Shown piece after piece: positions 35,111 through 49,882 of a DNA stretch of 64,000 nucleotides. Below the pieces are notes generated by a model that made no database searches, was not told the DNA's origin, and was given only the letters and a program-made list of their open reading frames with translations. The translations under genes and the position numbers were made by a program. The stretch is from Lama glama. Its lineage: Eukaryota. Where the stretch lies: the NCBI GenBank assembly GCA_028534125.1, contig CM052816.1, positions 17,362,001-17,426,000 of the forward strand, given 5' to 3'. Position 1 is the stretch's first letter, and each line of letters begins with the position of its first letter.

Positions 35111-38100
35111 AACTAATACTTTTCCTGGCCTCTCTCTTAGGGGGTGTGATTATCTTGGTTTGGGGGCTTATTGGCCCCTCTGCCTTTCTTCTTGCTTTCT
35201 GCCCTCTTTTGCTTGAACTAAGTCGAACACTTTTCAATCTCTCCCCCTCTGTCCTTCCCTCCCTCCCTCTCTCCCTCAGGCCTCCCTCCTTCCCTTTTCT
35301 GTTAAGCTTGACATTCTTCAGATAGGCACATGGCCTTTCTTCCCAGAGACCCAGCTGCTAGTGCAGGAGTCCCAGCACAGACAAAATGGCCCAGGAGCCA
35401 AGTAAGCAATGTCATCAGGTCCTTCTTGGGGAGCAGAACTTGAGAGAGGTAGGAGGAAACTCAGTGGGGCAGGGGAGGAGGCAGGAGTGGCAATGTGCCT
35501 CTTTCTGTTCACCTCGCAGACTCCAGGCCTGAGACCTAGAGACTTAGTCATTGTGTATTCAGTCCTGAGCCCTCCCTGGAGCACCGCTGTGTGCTAAGCC
35601 GTGCGCAGGACTCTGGACCCACCAGGATGACTGAGCCCTGCTCTAGGCGGTCACATTCAGAGGAGGGAGGACCGGCACACATGGGAGACTGCCGCCCTGG
35701 AGAGGTGCATGTGGGGCGGGAAGGGCAGGCAGGGGCCACAGGAGGAGAGAGCCTTTCCTTGGGGCCTGGTCCTGAGGGCACCAGGCCACACTGCAGCTTC
35801 CAGCCCTGCTCTGCGTCTTTTCTCTCTGCTCTCTGTTTGGCTGGTTCTGAAGACCAACTGGCCTCTGCTTTGAGGCTCAGGTGAACCATTAAATATCATG
35901 GAATAAGTAAATCCCTGGTGCTACTCACTGCTTGGAAAGAAACTGCCCCATCCCAAACCAAATCCTGTAGGCCAGGCTGTCTGCTTAAGACTTCCGGTTT
36001 AGGCCCACACTGAACACTCCAATTTGTTTTCTCTGCCTATACTGTCTTAATAGGAATGTAAATGTTTCACTGAGGGCCTGGCCTGTGGGTGTCAGTAGAT
36101 GCACTTTGTTTTCAACTGCTTTGGAGGAGGAGGAGTCACCTTTTGGTGCTTTCACAGTGACTGCTATATGTCCCTGGGTTTTAAGTCAGACTCTCTCAAA
36201 CGTACCCCTAAATATAAGTTAAAATACCTCCAGCCTTTTTGGTGTGCTGCGCTCAGACGGAACTGCACAAACTGAATTGTCCGTATGTCCATCCTTAAAG
36301 ACATTCTCTGCCCAGTCTCTCCCACTCTAGCCTTTGGAGGAGCCTTGCATGTGGTCTGCTTGCCACACTGGCTCCAGCTGAACTGGATTCTGCAGGCACC
36401 TGTGGGCTGCCTCGCCCCTTCTCCTGCAACCTCCATCTGCTGCCTTTCTCTGCCCTCAGCCCGCTGGGTTCCAGACACAGATCTGCCTCTGGGCTCACTC
36501 CATGTACAGACCCCAAACCAAATGGGAGAGCTTCAGCCCACTGAACTGGACCCAACTGGAGAGGACAGGGCTGTGGCTGGTGGTTCTGATTTCCTTGAAG
36601 CCTGATACAGCTTGGTTTTGACAACTTGGTATTGGCCAAGCTTTCTCTTCCGTTGTACGCTTGGCATGTGGTATTAGACTTACTTGGTCCTGTGTTACCC
36701 CTTGGAGAAAACTGACAGCAGGACCAAGTGGTGTGGGCACCTGCAATCCCCCAGCCTCCACCTCCCATATAAGCCCTGCGCTGACAGTTCCAGCACCGTT
36801 TTTGCAGAAGTGCTGTCTTGGAATGGCAGGAGAGAGGCAGAGCACTCCCGAGGTCTCAGCATAATTTGGTTTTATTACAAGGGTTTTCACTTTGATGGCA
36901 ACATTATTCTTTTCATGGAAGAAATTATCTTCAAATTATTTAATCTTACTCTTTCATCTCTGGGGATCCTTTGGGGATATATTGCTGCAGTCTTTACAGA
37001 TTGCTGGAAAATAGCAGACTTGCCTCTTGTTTTACTCATTCTCACCGGCCTGCATTTGGAGGGGGAGAAGATCTTGTTATCACAGAGACGTGGGTTCCCT
37101 GAAATAATCCTGACATATCTCTGCTTTCTGGAGCAGAACCATTCAGGTTCTTTGATCACTTCAAAGGAAAGTGATCAGCCTGTAAAGAGTTAGGCTTCCT
37201 GTCAAGGAAAGTTCTAAAGGAGACAGACTCAGCTATCTTTCTTGGGTGGCAGGTGTTACCATGAATGGCAGATCCTAGGCAGAATATTAATTTTATTAAA
37301 AACAAATTTTTTTTGGTTAGGAATGTAGTAAGCATTAAAAAGTAGAAGCATTTGTTATTGATAATAATGAAGCAGTGAATAAGCTGGCTCGATGAAGCCT
37401 GGGGAGGAACCTGGAGCCAGGAGTGAGAGAAGGCCCCTCAGGGGTGAATGCTGTGACTCAGCCTGGCCTCACCAGCACAGGCAGCACCGTGGTCCACAGA
37501 TCCTGGTCCAGCAGCTGCCCGAGAGGAAGATACAAGGGGAGGATTTCAAGTGGACCTGAGACCAAAGGTGGCTTCTCCAGCCAGTGTCAGGAGCTAAGCT
37601 GGCCCAGCCCACTGTGGCCTCCAGAGGGCAGCACTTTGTGGGATATTGTGCCCTCTGGTTGGGTGAGTATCAGGTGGACTAAGGACAGAACTGAGACAGC
37701 AGCTGGGGATTAATCGGGGAAATCTAGGAGACGGGGTCAGCACACAGACACAGAGAGACAGGAACACAAGGGCTAGGTGGCTGCCCCAGGCTTAGGCCCT
37801 CAAAGTAGTTCTTGAATGCCTGGGTCTGGATCATCCTTCCCAGCCTCGCTTGTCTGCCTAGCTGTGCCATCTCCCCTCACAGCAGCCTTTGCTTTCTACT
37901 CTCTCGCCAGCAGGGTGGACTGCCACCTCCAGTGTGTCCCTAAGGGACTTTATGCAGACACCCATGCCTGGAATTGCAGTCATCTACTTATGCTGGCGTG
38001 TTCATGTTTGAGGGCAGAGCCTAGCAATGTGTCTGGCCTAGACTATGGTCTCAGTAAATGAATGGTAAAATGTCACTGGCATGCTTTACATAGGAAGGCA

Positions 38101-41100
38101 CAAGGGAGGGTGTGAATTGATGGAGCATGCCCTGAATCAGGGTCCATGTCTTCCTAGAGCACTGCTCACTGGCTGTGTAGCCTTGGGTAAGTCTCTTTGC
38201 CTCTCTGAGTCTCCATTTTCACTCCAGTTGCATACAAAGGGTGACAGCAGAGGGCTTCGGTGAGGCTCCAATGGGCTCATGGTTGTGCTGGTCAGGTGGA
38301 GGGTTTGTGTTTCGCCCTGCTCTCCTGCCTGCGGACGCGTGTACACCCCCCACCCAGAAAGACTTCTTGGCAGCGCTAACATGATCAGTGTCATACTCTC
38401 CAGATGGATGAGCCCCTTCCGGGGGTAGAAGGTGGGATGACAACTGACACAGCTGCTATGTGTGAGGCTTTACCTGCGTTGTCCCATCCAGTGCTTGCAA
38501 CAACCCCCACCCAGTGAGTACTATTATTGCTAATCCCATTGTGCAGTACTATTGTGAGTACTGTTTTGTTAATCCCCATCTGGGAAAACTGGCCTCAGAA
38601 AAGGGAAGTGATTTTCTCAAGTTTCCCAATATTAGAATCCCAGTGGTCTGACTCCAGGGCCATGCTCTTAACCACCACACTCCACTGCCTCTCTGTGCCT
38701 TGGAGGAAACTGAGGGCAGTGGGACAATGTCAAGTTAGACCTCCTGCCAAAGGGCCAGGGAGGTCATGGTATCATCCTGGAGACAGTGGGGCGGGGGCAG
38801 GGTGAGGCGTCTGCCTTAGCCCTGGATTCTGCTGGATTCCAGGCCCGTCCTTTCTGAGAGCCGCACTCCAATGGCCTCGGACTGCCCAGAGCCCAGGCCC
38901 TCGGCTTTCAGCTCTGAGGTTGTCTCTCCTTGTTTCAGCCCAGCAGGCAACAGGGGGCTTGCTGTCTGGCAGAGGATGGAGTGAGGACTATCATTCTCAT
39001 TCTTATTGCAGAAGAGGACACTGCCAGCTTTTCCACTGTTCCCCTGGTCCTAGCTGATTTATGCAAAATTACCTTGAGGGGTGGCCCAAGGTGCCCAGTG
39101 GGAGGTTTAGCAAAGTGGTTAAGGGTGGCTCATAAGTCAGACAGACCTGGGGTTTGAGTCCTAGTTCAGTCACTTACAAGCTGCTTAACCTTTCCGAGTC
39201 TCAGATCCATTATCTATATAAGTGGGATAACACCATCTGAAATGTGGGTCTGACTCCCACTGGATGTTCTATAAACTGGAGCTATTATTATCACTAGTAG
39301 CGTTATGATGGACCCACCCTGGGGCCTGGGGTGAGTGTGGGGGGTGATTGAAAACGGAGCCACTCTCTGATGGGGCGCTTGTGTAGGGCTCTGGGCTGAT
39401 CTGAAAGTGGGGAGCGCTCTGGCCCCAGGTCGTTGGTTCTGCCAAGCGTAGTGCCTCCCTGGGTGGAGTCATCATCCCCTCTCCTCTTCCTGGAGTCAGA
39501 CATTTAATAAGGGCAAATGTGTCTATTGATCCTCCCTAGAAAAGTTGAGATGAGATAAAGGATGGTGTTTAGAAATGACTGGGTATACATTTCTAATAAT
39601 ATCAGGATTTTTCTTAAATTAGAAAGCATTCATTTGGAGTTTGGGCTGAGTTTGGGCTCCATTTCCCTGCCTCTTAATATCTTACATTTCTCTATTTTTT
39701 GAAGCATATTGGAGACAGACTTCTTTTCCCCTTGTCGGCTTTGCATTTGTTTTCCTCTCAGGAGTGCCTCCTCCCTGCTCCAGGGAGCTCTGTTTGGGGA
39801 CAGCCACTTAGCTGGCAGTGGGGAGGGGGCCCACATGAGAGAGAAAGCTCAGGGAGTAGGTACCCAGACTACGCTTGGCTTTCTCCAAACGTGGGGGAGT
39901 GGAGTTTGGAGAGGCTGAGACTCCCATTTCATCGAGCCTGGAGCTGCTGCGAGGTCCAGGTGGGACAGGATCAGGCTCCAGATCTTTCTAGTCTTACTTG
40001 TTACCCCCGTCTCTCGTGCTGTGGCTCTTACTGTGAGGAGTGGGGTGTGGTGTGTGGGGAGGTGCACAGAAAGCCAGCATGGGGCTTTAGGAAGTTTGTT
40101 CTGGTTGTGTGTATGGGGTCTCCCACTCAGCATTGGGGCTGCCTGGCTGGGAGCCATGTTCCCATGGGAATCTGAGGGCTAGTTGGTCTGACCAGGTGCT
40201 GAGAATCGTGGGAATCTTTTACCTGGAGAAGGACAAAAGAAACTTCCACTGGGCTTCTCGCTTCTCATAGGATGCCTCCCCATCTCTGGCCTAGGAGGGC
40301 TTCAGACAAAGGGGGCTGGCCCATGTACACCAGGGAGAGAGCTGCTAAGCGTGGAAGATGAGACCCAGGTATTCCCCGCCACTGCCTGGGGAAGGCAGCT
40401 AATTTTGTAGATAAGGAAATTGAAGCCTATGCAAGCCATTTTGCTTTGGTGTGACCCAGTTTCACCATCTGTAAAAGGGGATCATCTCCCCATAAAATAG
40501 CATCTTCATTGCAGAGCCTCCATTATGAAGGTGCAAGACATGTAACTGGCCCTGCATAGTGATTGGCTTGTAGTAAGTGCTCAGCAAATTGAATTTTCCT
40601 TCTCTGTGCCTGACACTTCCATGTTCTGCTAGATTTCTCTTACTGAGCTCAGGTGAGTTTTCTTGAGGGACTTCCAATATAGTGTGTGTGTGTGTGTAAT
40701 GAAGAGCTTTAGTACTGGAACCACAAAACTTGAATTTGAATCCTTGTCCTATTATTATTATTGAGAAAAATATCCCCCAAACTTGGGCAAGTCACATAAC
40801 TTCTTGGGAACACAGCTTCCTCATCTCTGTTCATGGACTTGCAGGGCTGGTATAAAGCTTGAGCAGAATCATGTATGCTAAAGAGCTTCAAAAAGTACAA
40901 AATCCCTGGCAAGTGGCAGGCACCGTCCTTTCCTCTTATCTCTGTTGTCTCTTGCATGCCCTGAAGTGCATTTTCCTGTGAGAGAAATGAGGTCTTAGGG
41001 ACTGAGCAATGAGAGTGAGTTGAAGTTTGATCTGGTCCTCCGAGTGAGTCTTAGAGTACACCAAGGCTGTGAGCTGCTCTAATTGATTCCCACCTGCAGG

Positions 41101-41959
41101 TTTTCTTCCCCTTTCTCTTCCCTCTCCCTTGATTTGTGTGAAAGCTGGGTCTTCTTTCCTATATTTTAATTCCATTAATGATCTGTCTAACCAAAAGTGA
41201 ACAGCTTCTGAATTGGCTAGAAATAATTCCAGACTTATCGGGCAAGAATGTTACAATCTGATCCTGATGCATAAGAGCCAGGGGTTGAATTCCATTACAG
41301 AGGAAACAAGTGTCTGGTTTGTTTTCAGGAAAAGGGGGCAATTTAATCTGATGCATGTGATGAGGTTTTTTTTTTTTAAATGGCCACTGTAATTACATCT
41401 TTCTCATGTATGGTTAATCACATCTTTTAATATTTTTCCTCTATTGGTTTTCATTCTTTTATCTTCCAGGCATCCTTGGTAAATTCATCTCTTTTTTCTT
41501 ATTAACATGTTCATTAATCCTCAAACATTTATTGTGCATCATTAATCAGGTTAGAGGAGTAACAAAAATTGGGTTTTGAGCAATGAAATTTACAGGCAGG
41601 TCAGAATCATGAACTATAGAATTTCAGTCTGCTGACGGCTTCATTGCCAGCCTGGGTTTTGAGGATGAGGAAAAGGAAAATGAAGGATAATTTGAGGTTA
41701 GTTTTCTTCCTGGATGTTGGAGCTTTCAGCGTAGTCCCTGGGGGCATTGGGAGTATGCAAGGTACAATCTTGCTGGCTTCAAAACATGTTTGTCCCAAGC
41801 AATATGTTCCTGAGACTATATATAGTCTCAAGAGTCCATAACAAGTTAGGGTTTAGAGTTCAAAAGCAATTATTTTAAAATCTTTTTCTCTTGTCAAATC
41901 TTCTTGAGGCTCTAATACTTAATTTCTTTCCATGTAAGATGGAAATATTAATAACATTA

Positions 41960-42170
41960 GTAATGATAATGAGAGTTCCATTTATTGAATATTTACTGTG
42001 AGCCAGACACTGCTATGCACTTCACATGAGTTATCTCATTTTATCCTTGCATGAACCCCAAGAGAGAGATGCTAATTATGTCTCTTTTCAACAGGTGAGA
42101 AAACTGGGGCCCCAAGAAGGTAAGTAGCTTACATGTGGACACATAGACAGTGAGTGGCAGAGCCCGAGTG
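41960..42170 (-). mobile_element. MIR SINE
   Basis: catttattgaatatttactgtgagccagacactgctatgcacttcacatgagttatctcattt...acaggtgagaaaactgggg. Confidence 0.75.
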
Positions 42171-43479
42171 ACCATCGTGTAATAGAGTAGGCACTGATTG
42201 GGCTCAGAGACTTGGATTCCAGCCTTGATTATCTCACCAATTCTGTGACCTTAGAAGTCACCAGCCTCTCAGGATTTCAGGGTTTTATTGTTGTTTGCTT
42301 GTAAATGAGAACATAGGAAAACATGGACAATATTTAAGCCTTTCTATCTCTGACACTGGAATGCTGAGATATGCTGAAAATAAGAAGGGCCACCAGAGTG
42401 GACTGAATAGAGTTATCTCCATGCAGAACACTCCAGCTGATTTTGATTTCTAGCTGTGACCCCTCTGTGCTGGTGCCCGTGATTACTTTGCAGAGAAGTC
42501 CTTGCCAGGTTGTGAGCTGTTCTCAGCCATCTCACACTCCAAGCCCCTTGAACTTTGCCCTCAATTTTGCAGTTTCTACTCATGTGCCCTGAAGTCCAGA
42601 CAACAGGTAAACAACCAGATCAAGAACAATAATTCTGCTTCTTGGTATTGAGGAGTGTATCAGTTTTCTGTAATTCCTTGTAGCAGAGTGAGCATACGTT
42701 ACAGAGTTCAAATGTTTTGAGAATAGACTATAAAGAATTGTTATCTGTTTAAAGACCTGGCAATTTTTCAACTTCCAGTGACTCAGTGGCTGATTGCACT
42801 CTATGTGTTGTATGCTGTCAGTACTGGTCTCAGAGAAGTATGGGTTAGGGTAGGTGGGGGACAGGGAGGGGACTGTCCCTTAACTTCTCAAAGAGAAAAA
42901 TAATTTAGTTGCTGGAGATGTGGCAGGACTTTCACAAAAACTTGAAAGAAGCTATGTAAGTTGTGGCACATAGGTCTTAGTTTACACGGTGTTATAAAAT
43001 ATAAAGAAAACCCATAAAAACTTTGGTACAACACATCTCAGTCATATCACCCCTACCTACCATCTAGCACCAAGAACTTATTTACTTGTATCAACGCCAG
43101 CAAATATTAGCATCACTTGGTATCCTTGATAACTTTCCTACTTTCCTTGAGGAATTTTGTAATTTATATTTCAGTTATGGTTGACCATGGCTCTTGGTAA
43201 CTACAGTAGTTTGAAAAACAAGACAAAAAATTCTTCTTTTTCACTTGGATATTAATTTTTCAGCGGTCTCTATCTTTGCAGTTGTCTTTGTTTTTTGTTT
43301 GTTTCTCTTTCTTCCTCTTCTTTTTCTTCCCTTATATTTTGAAAGAGTTCTTGGAAGAGGTTACTCAGTGATCACCGTTGTCCCAGTTTAGGTGAAAAAA
43401 AAAAATCGTACCTTGGCAAATAGGATCAGTACCTTGGACAGCACCACAAGCCATTCATGCTTCCCCAGATTCTCCATTC

Positions 43480-44940
43480 TTTTTTTAATTTCAAAAATTT
43501 AAAACATTTTTATTGAAGTATAGTTGATTTGAAACATTATAGTAGTTTCAGGTGTACAACATAATGATTTATTTTTGAAAGATTATATTCCATTTAAAGT
43601 TATTACAAAATAATGGCTATATTTCCCTATGCTGTACAGTATATCCTTGTTAATTATTTATTTTATACATAGTAGTTTGTACCTCTTAATCTTATACCCC
43701 TATATTGCCCCTCCCCCTTTCCTCTCCCCACTGATAACCTAGTTTGTTCTTTATATCTGTGAGTCTATTTCTGTTTTTTTTTAATTGTAGTGTATAGTCA
43801 GTTTACAATGTTGTGTCAATTGCTAGTGTACAGAACAGTGTTTCAGTCATATGTATACATAAACATTCCTTTTCATATTCTTTTTCATTATAGGTTACTA
43901 CGAGATATTGAATATATTTCCCTGTGCTATACAGTAGAAACTTGTTGTTTATCTATTTTATGTATAGTTGTTAGTATCTGTAAAACTCAAACTCCCAGTT
44001 TATCCCTTCCCACCCCCTTCCTCACCACTCCAGTAACTATAAGTTTGCTTTCTATGTCTGTGACTCTGTTTCTGTCTTGTAAATAAGTTCATTTATCTTT
44101 TTTTAAGATTCCATGTTTAAGTGGTATCATATGGTATTTTTTCTTTCTCTTTCTGGCTTACTTCACTTAGAATGACAATCTCCAGGCCCTTCCATGTTGC
44201 TGCAAATGGCATTATTTTATTAATTTTTATAGTTGAGTAGTATTCCATTGCATAAATATACCACAACTTCTTTATCCAGTCATCTGTTGATGGACATTTA
44301 GGTTGTTTCCATGCCTTGGCTACTGTAAATAGTGCTGCTATGAACACTGGGGTGCTGTTTCTGTTTTGTTATAAGCATTCATTTTACTTTTTGGGTTTCA
44401 CATGTAAGTGATAATATAGAATATTTTTATTTCTCTGTCTGACTTGTTTCACTAAACATAATACCCTCTAGGTCCATCCATGTTCCTGCAAATGCCACAA
44501 TTGCACTCTTTTTATTGCTTAGTAATATTCCATTGTGTATATACCACATCATCTTTATCAGTTTATCAGTTGATGGAAAACTAGGTTGCTTTCATATTCT
44601 GGCTATTGTAAATAATGCTGCTCTGAACATTGGGGTGGATATATCTTTTCGAATTAGTTTTTATTTTTTCGAAAGTACATACCCAGGAGTGGGATTGCTG
44701 GATCTTATGGTAGCAGTATTTTTAGTTTTTTAAGGAAACTCCATACTGATTTCCATAGTGGCTGCACCAACTTACATTTCCACCGACAGAGTAGGAGGAT
44801 ACCCTTTGCTGCACACCCTCACCAGTATTTATTATTTGTAGACTTTTTGATAATGGCCATTCTGACTGGTGTGAAGTGATATCTCATTGTGGGTTTGATT
44901 TGCATTTCTCTAATGATTAGTGATGTTGAGTCTTTTTAAT
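43480..44940 (-). mobile_element. 5'-truncated L1 with a second, younger L1 3' end nested at ~43778-44354
   Basis: Two successive L1 3' ends, each starting with a T-tract. Minus-strand ORF 44117-44347 ([38 protein letters not shown]) is the L1 ORF2 C-terminus. Confidence 0.9.
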
Positions 44941-46889
44941 AAAAATATATTTAATGTTGTCATCTTAGGACAGGATTGAAACTTGTAGAAAAAATTTAAT
45001 ATTCATTTAGAAGCTATGGAGCTGAAACTGGACTACTGTGTCCTCTGTTGTTCTAGGAAAGAAAATGTTTGATTCCTAGGTCCCTGACAGTACCAGCCAA
45101 AATTTGTGGCAGAAGGTTAATTGTTGCTAGCTTTGAGCAAGGAGGGAGGATGTGACACCTGGTAAGATTGAAAAAGGAAAAAAAAATCCAGAGTTGACTT
45201 TGACCAGAGGTTATGGGGCTTGAATTGGAACTGCATATTCTTTAGTGGAGAGCAGTAAGCAGTTTGTCTAGAGTCTTGGTCAGCCTGCCTGAGAAGGAGA
45301 CACGTAGGCATTTATAGGAGTCATGGGTGGGAAATCAGTGCACATTTTGTCCTCAGAGGAATAGAGCATCAAATGACATGCAAATTGGCTACCACTGTTT
45401 TGCCACCATTAGCCCATGTGGTTTGTAGAATGTCACAGAGCCAGAAGAGTATAACCTGAACATCAAGGACATCACCCAGAAGTAAGGGAGAATCCAGTGG
45501 GCTACAAAACCTTTTCCTAAGTAGCCGTGATTGAAGGAGGCCCTCTGTTGTGGGGACAAAGGCTGAGATACTTTGCTGCCCAGAGGAACCGGTCCTAGGA
45601 TGAATGGTGAGGCAGAGAGAGGGACAGGGATGTTTTGGGAACCACTTAATGACCACTTAATGTCAATGTTTTGGGAACCACTTATTAATTATTTTACTGT
45701 TAAATTTTGAATAGGTAGGACATGTGAAAGATGTGATATTTTTATCATCATCATGCAGGCTTATTTAACTTTTGGATATTTGAGTTTGTCACTTTTCTTT
45801 TATGATATCTGGGGTTTGTGTCATATTTTTAAAAGCCTTTGATTTTAAAATTATAAAAATATACCTTGCCATATGTTTTGTCAAGCATTTTAATGTTTTT
45901 TTTAAAGATGTTATTATGAAAATATTCAAGTAGGCCTCTCTTTTCCCTGTCTCCCAGCTGTGTACTTCTACCCAGAGGCAATACTGTTATCGGTTTTTTG
46001 TGAATCTTTCTAGAGGTAGTCTGTGCATATAAAAGTAAATACTTTCTATATTCTCTCCCTCTTTATATACCAGTAATAGCCTGCCGAACACACTCTAATA
46101 TATCTTAATTTTTTCAATTAACAAAATGTTTTTGAGGTAGTTTCATATCAGCACCATCAAGTTGCCTCATTCTTTAGGGATTTCAGATATCTTTAGGATA
46201 TGTGATTGTATTCAAGCTTTGTATCAGCTCTGTGAGGTTATGAGCAGACATTCCTGTGATACAGATGAGGAAACTGAATTGTCTAGAGGTTCAGCAGCTT
46301 GTACAATTTTTATTTTCCCTCATAGTAACAGGGCTGGGATTTAAATTCAGGCCTTGTGGTTCCAGATCTAACACTCTTCTTTCATTACACACAAAAATTA
46401 TACCACATATTCCACAGAAACTTCCTTGTCACCTTATTCTGTTAGAGCTGAATTTTCTGTGTTCATTTGTCTTTATTTTACCCAGATCTAGATTTGTGAT
46501 TTTCTTTCACCACGTTGTACATTTAAGTTCTCCATCTTCAGGCTTCTCTTGTTGCTGTTGATAAGCCAGCTATTAAGCTAACTCATTCCTCTTTGTCATT
46601 TTCTTCTGAGTACTCTTGTACTCTTGTGATTTTTTCCCCTTTATTTTTGGTGTTCTGTGGTTTCACTATACCGTGTCACTATACCATCATATACCAGGTG
46701 ATTAAAAAACAAGCAAGCAAACAAACTTACCCTTCTTGGAATTTGCTTGGTTCTTTGAATCTGTGCATTGGTATCTCTTATATGTTCTGGAAAATCCTCT
46801 CTAAATTTTGCCTCTGACCCATTTTCTCTTTTATCCTACTTTTAGAACTCATTAAACATGTTAGGTATTTTTATTCCTCCCCTGTGTTG

Positions 46890-49215
46890 CTTTGTTTTTT
46901 TGAAACACCTTTACTGAGATATAGTTCATATACCGTACAGTTCACCAATTCAAAGTATACAATTCAGTGGTTTCTTGGTATATTCACAAAATTGTGAAAC
47001 CAACACTGAATCAATTTTAGAACTTTTAATTGCCTCAGAAGGGAAGTCCATGCCCTTTAGCTATCATCTCATCCTTATAGTTATGAACTAAGTGTTTGTT
47101 TCCCCCTAAAATTCATGTGTTGAAATTCCTCAATGTGATGGTATTTGGAGGTGGGGCCATTAGGAAGTATGGAGATCCTCATGATGGAGATCCTCAAGAT
47201 TGGGATTTGTGCCCTTTTTATAAGAGACCAGAGAGCTAACTTACCCTTTTTTAGCCATGTGAGGATACAAGAAGCCAGCAGTCTGTAACCCAGTAGAAGG
47301 TCCTTAAAACCCAACAGTGTTAGCACTCTGATCTCAGACTTCCAGGGTCTAGAACAATGAGAAATAAATGTCTGTTTATAAGCCTCTTAGTCTGTGGTAG
47401 TTTGGAATAGCAGAATGAACTGACTGAGAAACTGTCCAACCCCAAGCAACCACTAATCTACTTCCTGTCTCTATTTGCCTGTTCTGACATTTCATGTAAA
47501 AACAAAATTATATAACATGTGGACTTTTGTGAGTGGCTTCTTTCACTTAGCATAGTGTCTTCAAGGTTCATCAGTGTTGTAGCTTGTACCCACACTTCAT
47601 TCTTTTTTATGGCTGAATAACATTCCATTGTGATAAACCACATCTTGCTTATCTGTTCATTAATTGATGGACATTTGAGTTGTTTCCATCTTCAGGCTCG
47701 TATAAATAATGCTGTTGTAAACACTGATGTACAAGTTTTTGTGTGGACATATATTTCCTCTTCTTTTAGGTATATGTACCTAAGAGTGGCATTGCTGAGT
47801 CAAATGGTAAATATGTTTAAATTTTTGAGGGACTTCTAGGCTGCTTTCCAAAATTTTCTGTTTTACATTCCTGCTAGCAGTGTGTGAGTTCCAGTTTCTC
47901 CACATCCTCATTTATTTTTATATGACTTTTCAATTATAGTCATTCTACTGGGTTTGAAGTGGCTTCAGTTTCCATATCCCTGATACTAATGATATTGAGT
48001 ATATTTTAAATGTGCTTACTGGCCTTTTGTGTATCTTCTTTGGAGAAATGTCTCTTCAGATATTTTGACCACTTTTGAATTGAGTTATCTGTCTTTATTG
48101 TTGAGTGTGGTTTTTTTTTAAATATATTTTAGACACAAGTCCATTAACAGTTGTGGTTTGGAAATGTTTTCTACTATTCTATGGTCTGTCGTTCACTTTC
48201 TTGGTAGTGTCCTTTGAAGCAAGAGAGTTTAAATTTTGATAAAGTCTAATTTAACTGTTTTTTCCTTTGTTCTTTGTGCTTTTGGTGTCACATCTAAGAA
48301 TACATTGCCTAATCCAAGATCATGAAGATTTATGGCTGTCTTTTCTTCTAAGAGTTTTATAATCTTGCTCTCACATTTAGGTTTTTGATCCATTTTGAGT
48401 TAATTTTTGTTATGCAAGAGAAGAGTACAACTTCATTCTTATGCATTGGCTTATCCAGTTGTCCCAGCACAGTTTATTGACAAGACTACTTTTTCCCCAT
48501 TGAATGATTTTAGATTTTTGTTGAAATCAACTGACCATAAAGTATGGGTTTCTTTTTGGACTCTCAGTTCGAATCCGTTGATCTGTACGTCTGTCTTTTT
48601 GCCAGTACTACAGGGTCTTGATTACTGTAGCTTTGTCGTATGTTTTGTTAAACTTACTCCTGTTTTTACTCTTTTTGATGCTGTTGTAAATTGAATTGCG
48701 TTCTTAATTTCATTTTCAGGTTGATTATTGCTAGTGCATAGAAATAAAATAGATTTTAAAATTGACCTGGTATTCTGAAAGCTTGCTGCACTCATTTATT
48801 AGTTCTAGTAGTTTTTAGTGGATTTCTTAGGATTTTGTACATACAAGATCATGTCATCTGTGAACAGAGATAGCTTTACTTCTCCCATTTCAATCTAGAT
48901 GTCATTTATTTCATTTTATTGTCTTACTGCTCTGGCCAGAACATCTGGGAAAATGTTAAGTAAAAGTGGCATAGTGGACATACTTTTGTTCCTGATCTTA
49001 GGAGGAGAGCCCCCAGTTTTGGTCCCATTAAGTACGGTGTTAACTGTGGAGTTTTTATAGATGCCCTTTATCATATTGAGGAAATTCCCTTCTGTTCCTA
49101 GTTTGTTGAGGTTTTTATTATGAAATGGTTTTGGATTTTGTCAAATGCCTTTTCTTCATCTATTAAGATAATCATGTTTTATTCTATTGATATGGTATAT
49201 TAATTGATTTTCAGA
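46890..49215 (-). mobile_element. L1 (L1MA/MB-like) 3' portion, ~2.3 kb
   Basis: Antisense L1 text throughout. Minus-strand ORF 47458-47643 (MECYSAIKKNEV...MNLEDTMLSERS) is ORF2-tail-like. Confidence 0.85.
47078..47431 (+). mobile_element. MaLR solo LTR (MLT1A/MST-like) inserted into the L1
   Basis: ccccctaaaattcatgtgttgaaatt...aatgtgatggtatttggaggtggggcc...tgatctcagacttccag...gagaaataaatgtctgttt. Confidence 0.85.
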
Positions 49216-49797
49216 TGTTAAATATCCTTCCTGTTTCTCTTCCATATTTCCACCTTATTACAGCAGTTTTATTTTTTATAGTCTGTGTCTCCCCACTAGA
49301 GTATGAGCTTGATGAAGGTAGAAACTGCATCCACAATAGATTCTTGACTTTTAGGAGGGAGATATTTGTGGATACTGAAATATCTGAATCCCTCTGCAAA
49401 ATGCCACTGAGGAAAAAGGAGAGAAAAACAAATTGGATTGAGCTGTGTGTTCTGGGTAGTCATTGGAGCCCAATCACTAGAGAAATATCTTTTTCTTGTA
49501 TACCAATCTTCCAGCAAGTAATTTGATTTTGTGCTTCAGCAAAACAACAAACCAGGGACCTTAGGATCACTCTTGAATAGCATAAACTTTCATTGCTACA
49601 TTCTCTCATACTGCAGGAATAAACACAGACCACTGGTGTTCATCAGTGTCTGGCATGTAGTGGGAGAACAAAAAAAGTTTGTTCATTTTATTAGAACTGT
49701 GTATTCTGTGTTAGTTGCTGAGGTTATAGAAATGCATAAAATATGTTCCTTACCTCAGAATCATTGGAGGTAGAGAGACAATTAAAATACAGGGTGA

Positions 49798-49882
49798 GGG
49801 GGTGGGTATAACTCTGTAGAAGAGTATGTGTTTAGCATGCACAAGAGCCTGGGTTCAATCCCCAGTACCTCCATTAAAAAAA
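49798..49882 (+). mobile_element. tRNA-derived SINE, camelid Vic-1-like
   Basis: gggggtgggtataactc...tttagcatgcacaagagcctgggttcaatccccagtacctccattaaaaaaa. A possible target-site duplication aaaatacag lies at 49784-49792 and 49879-49887. Confidence 0.75.

Noticed and set aside
44117..44347. ORF resembling a real protein (WKQPKCPS...)
   Set aside because: It is the L1 ORF2 C-terminal remnant of a truncated element.
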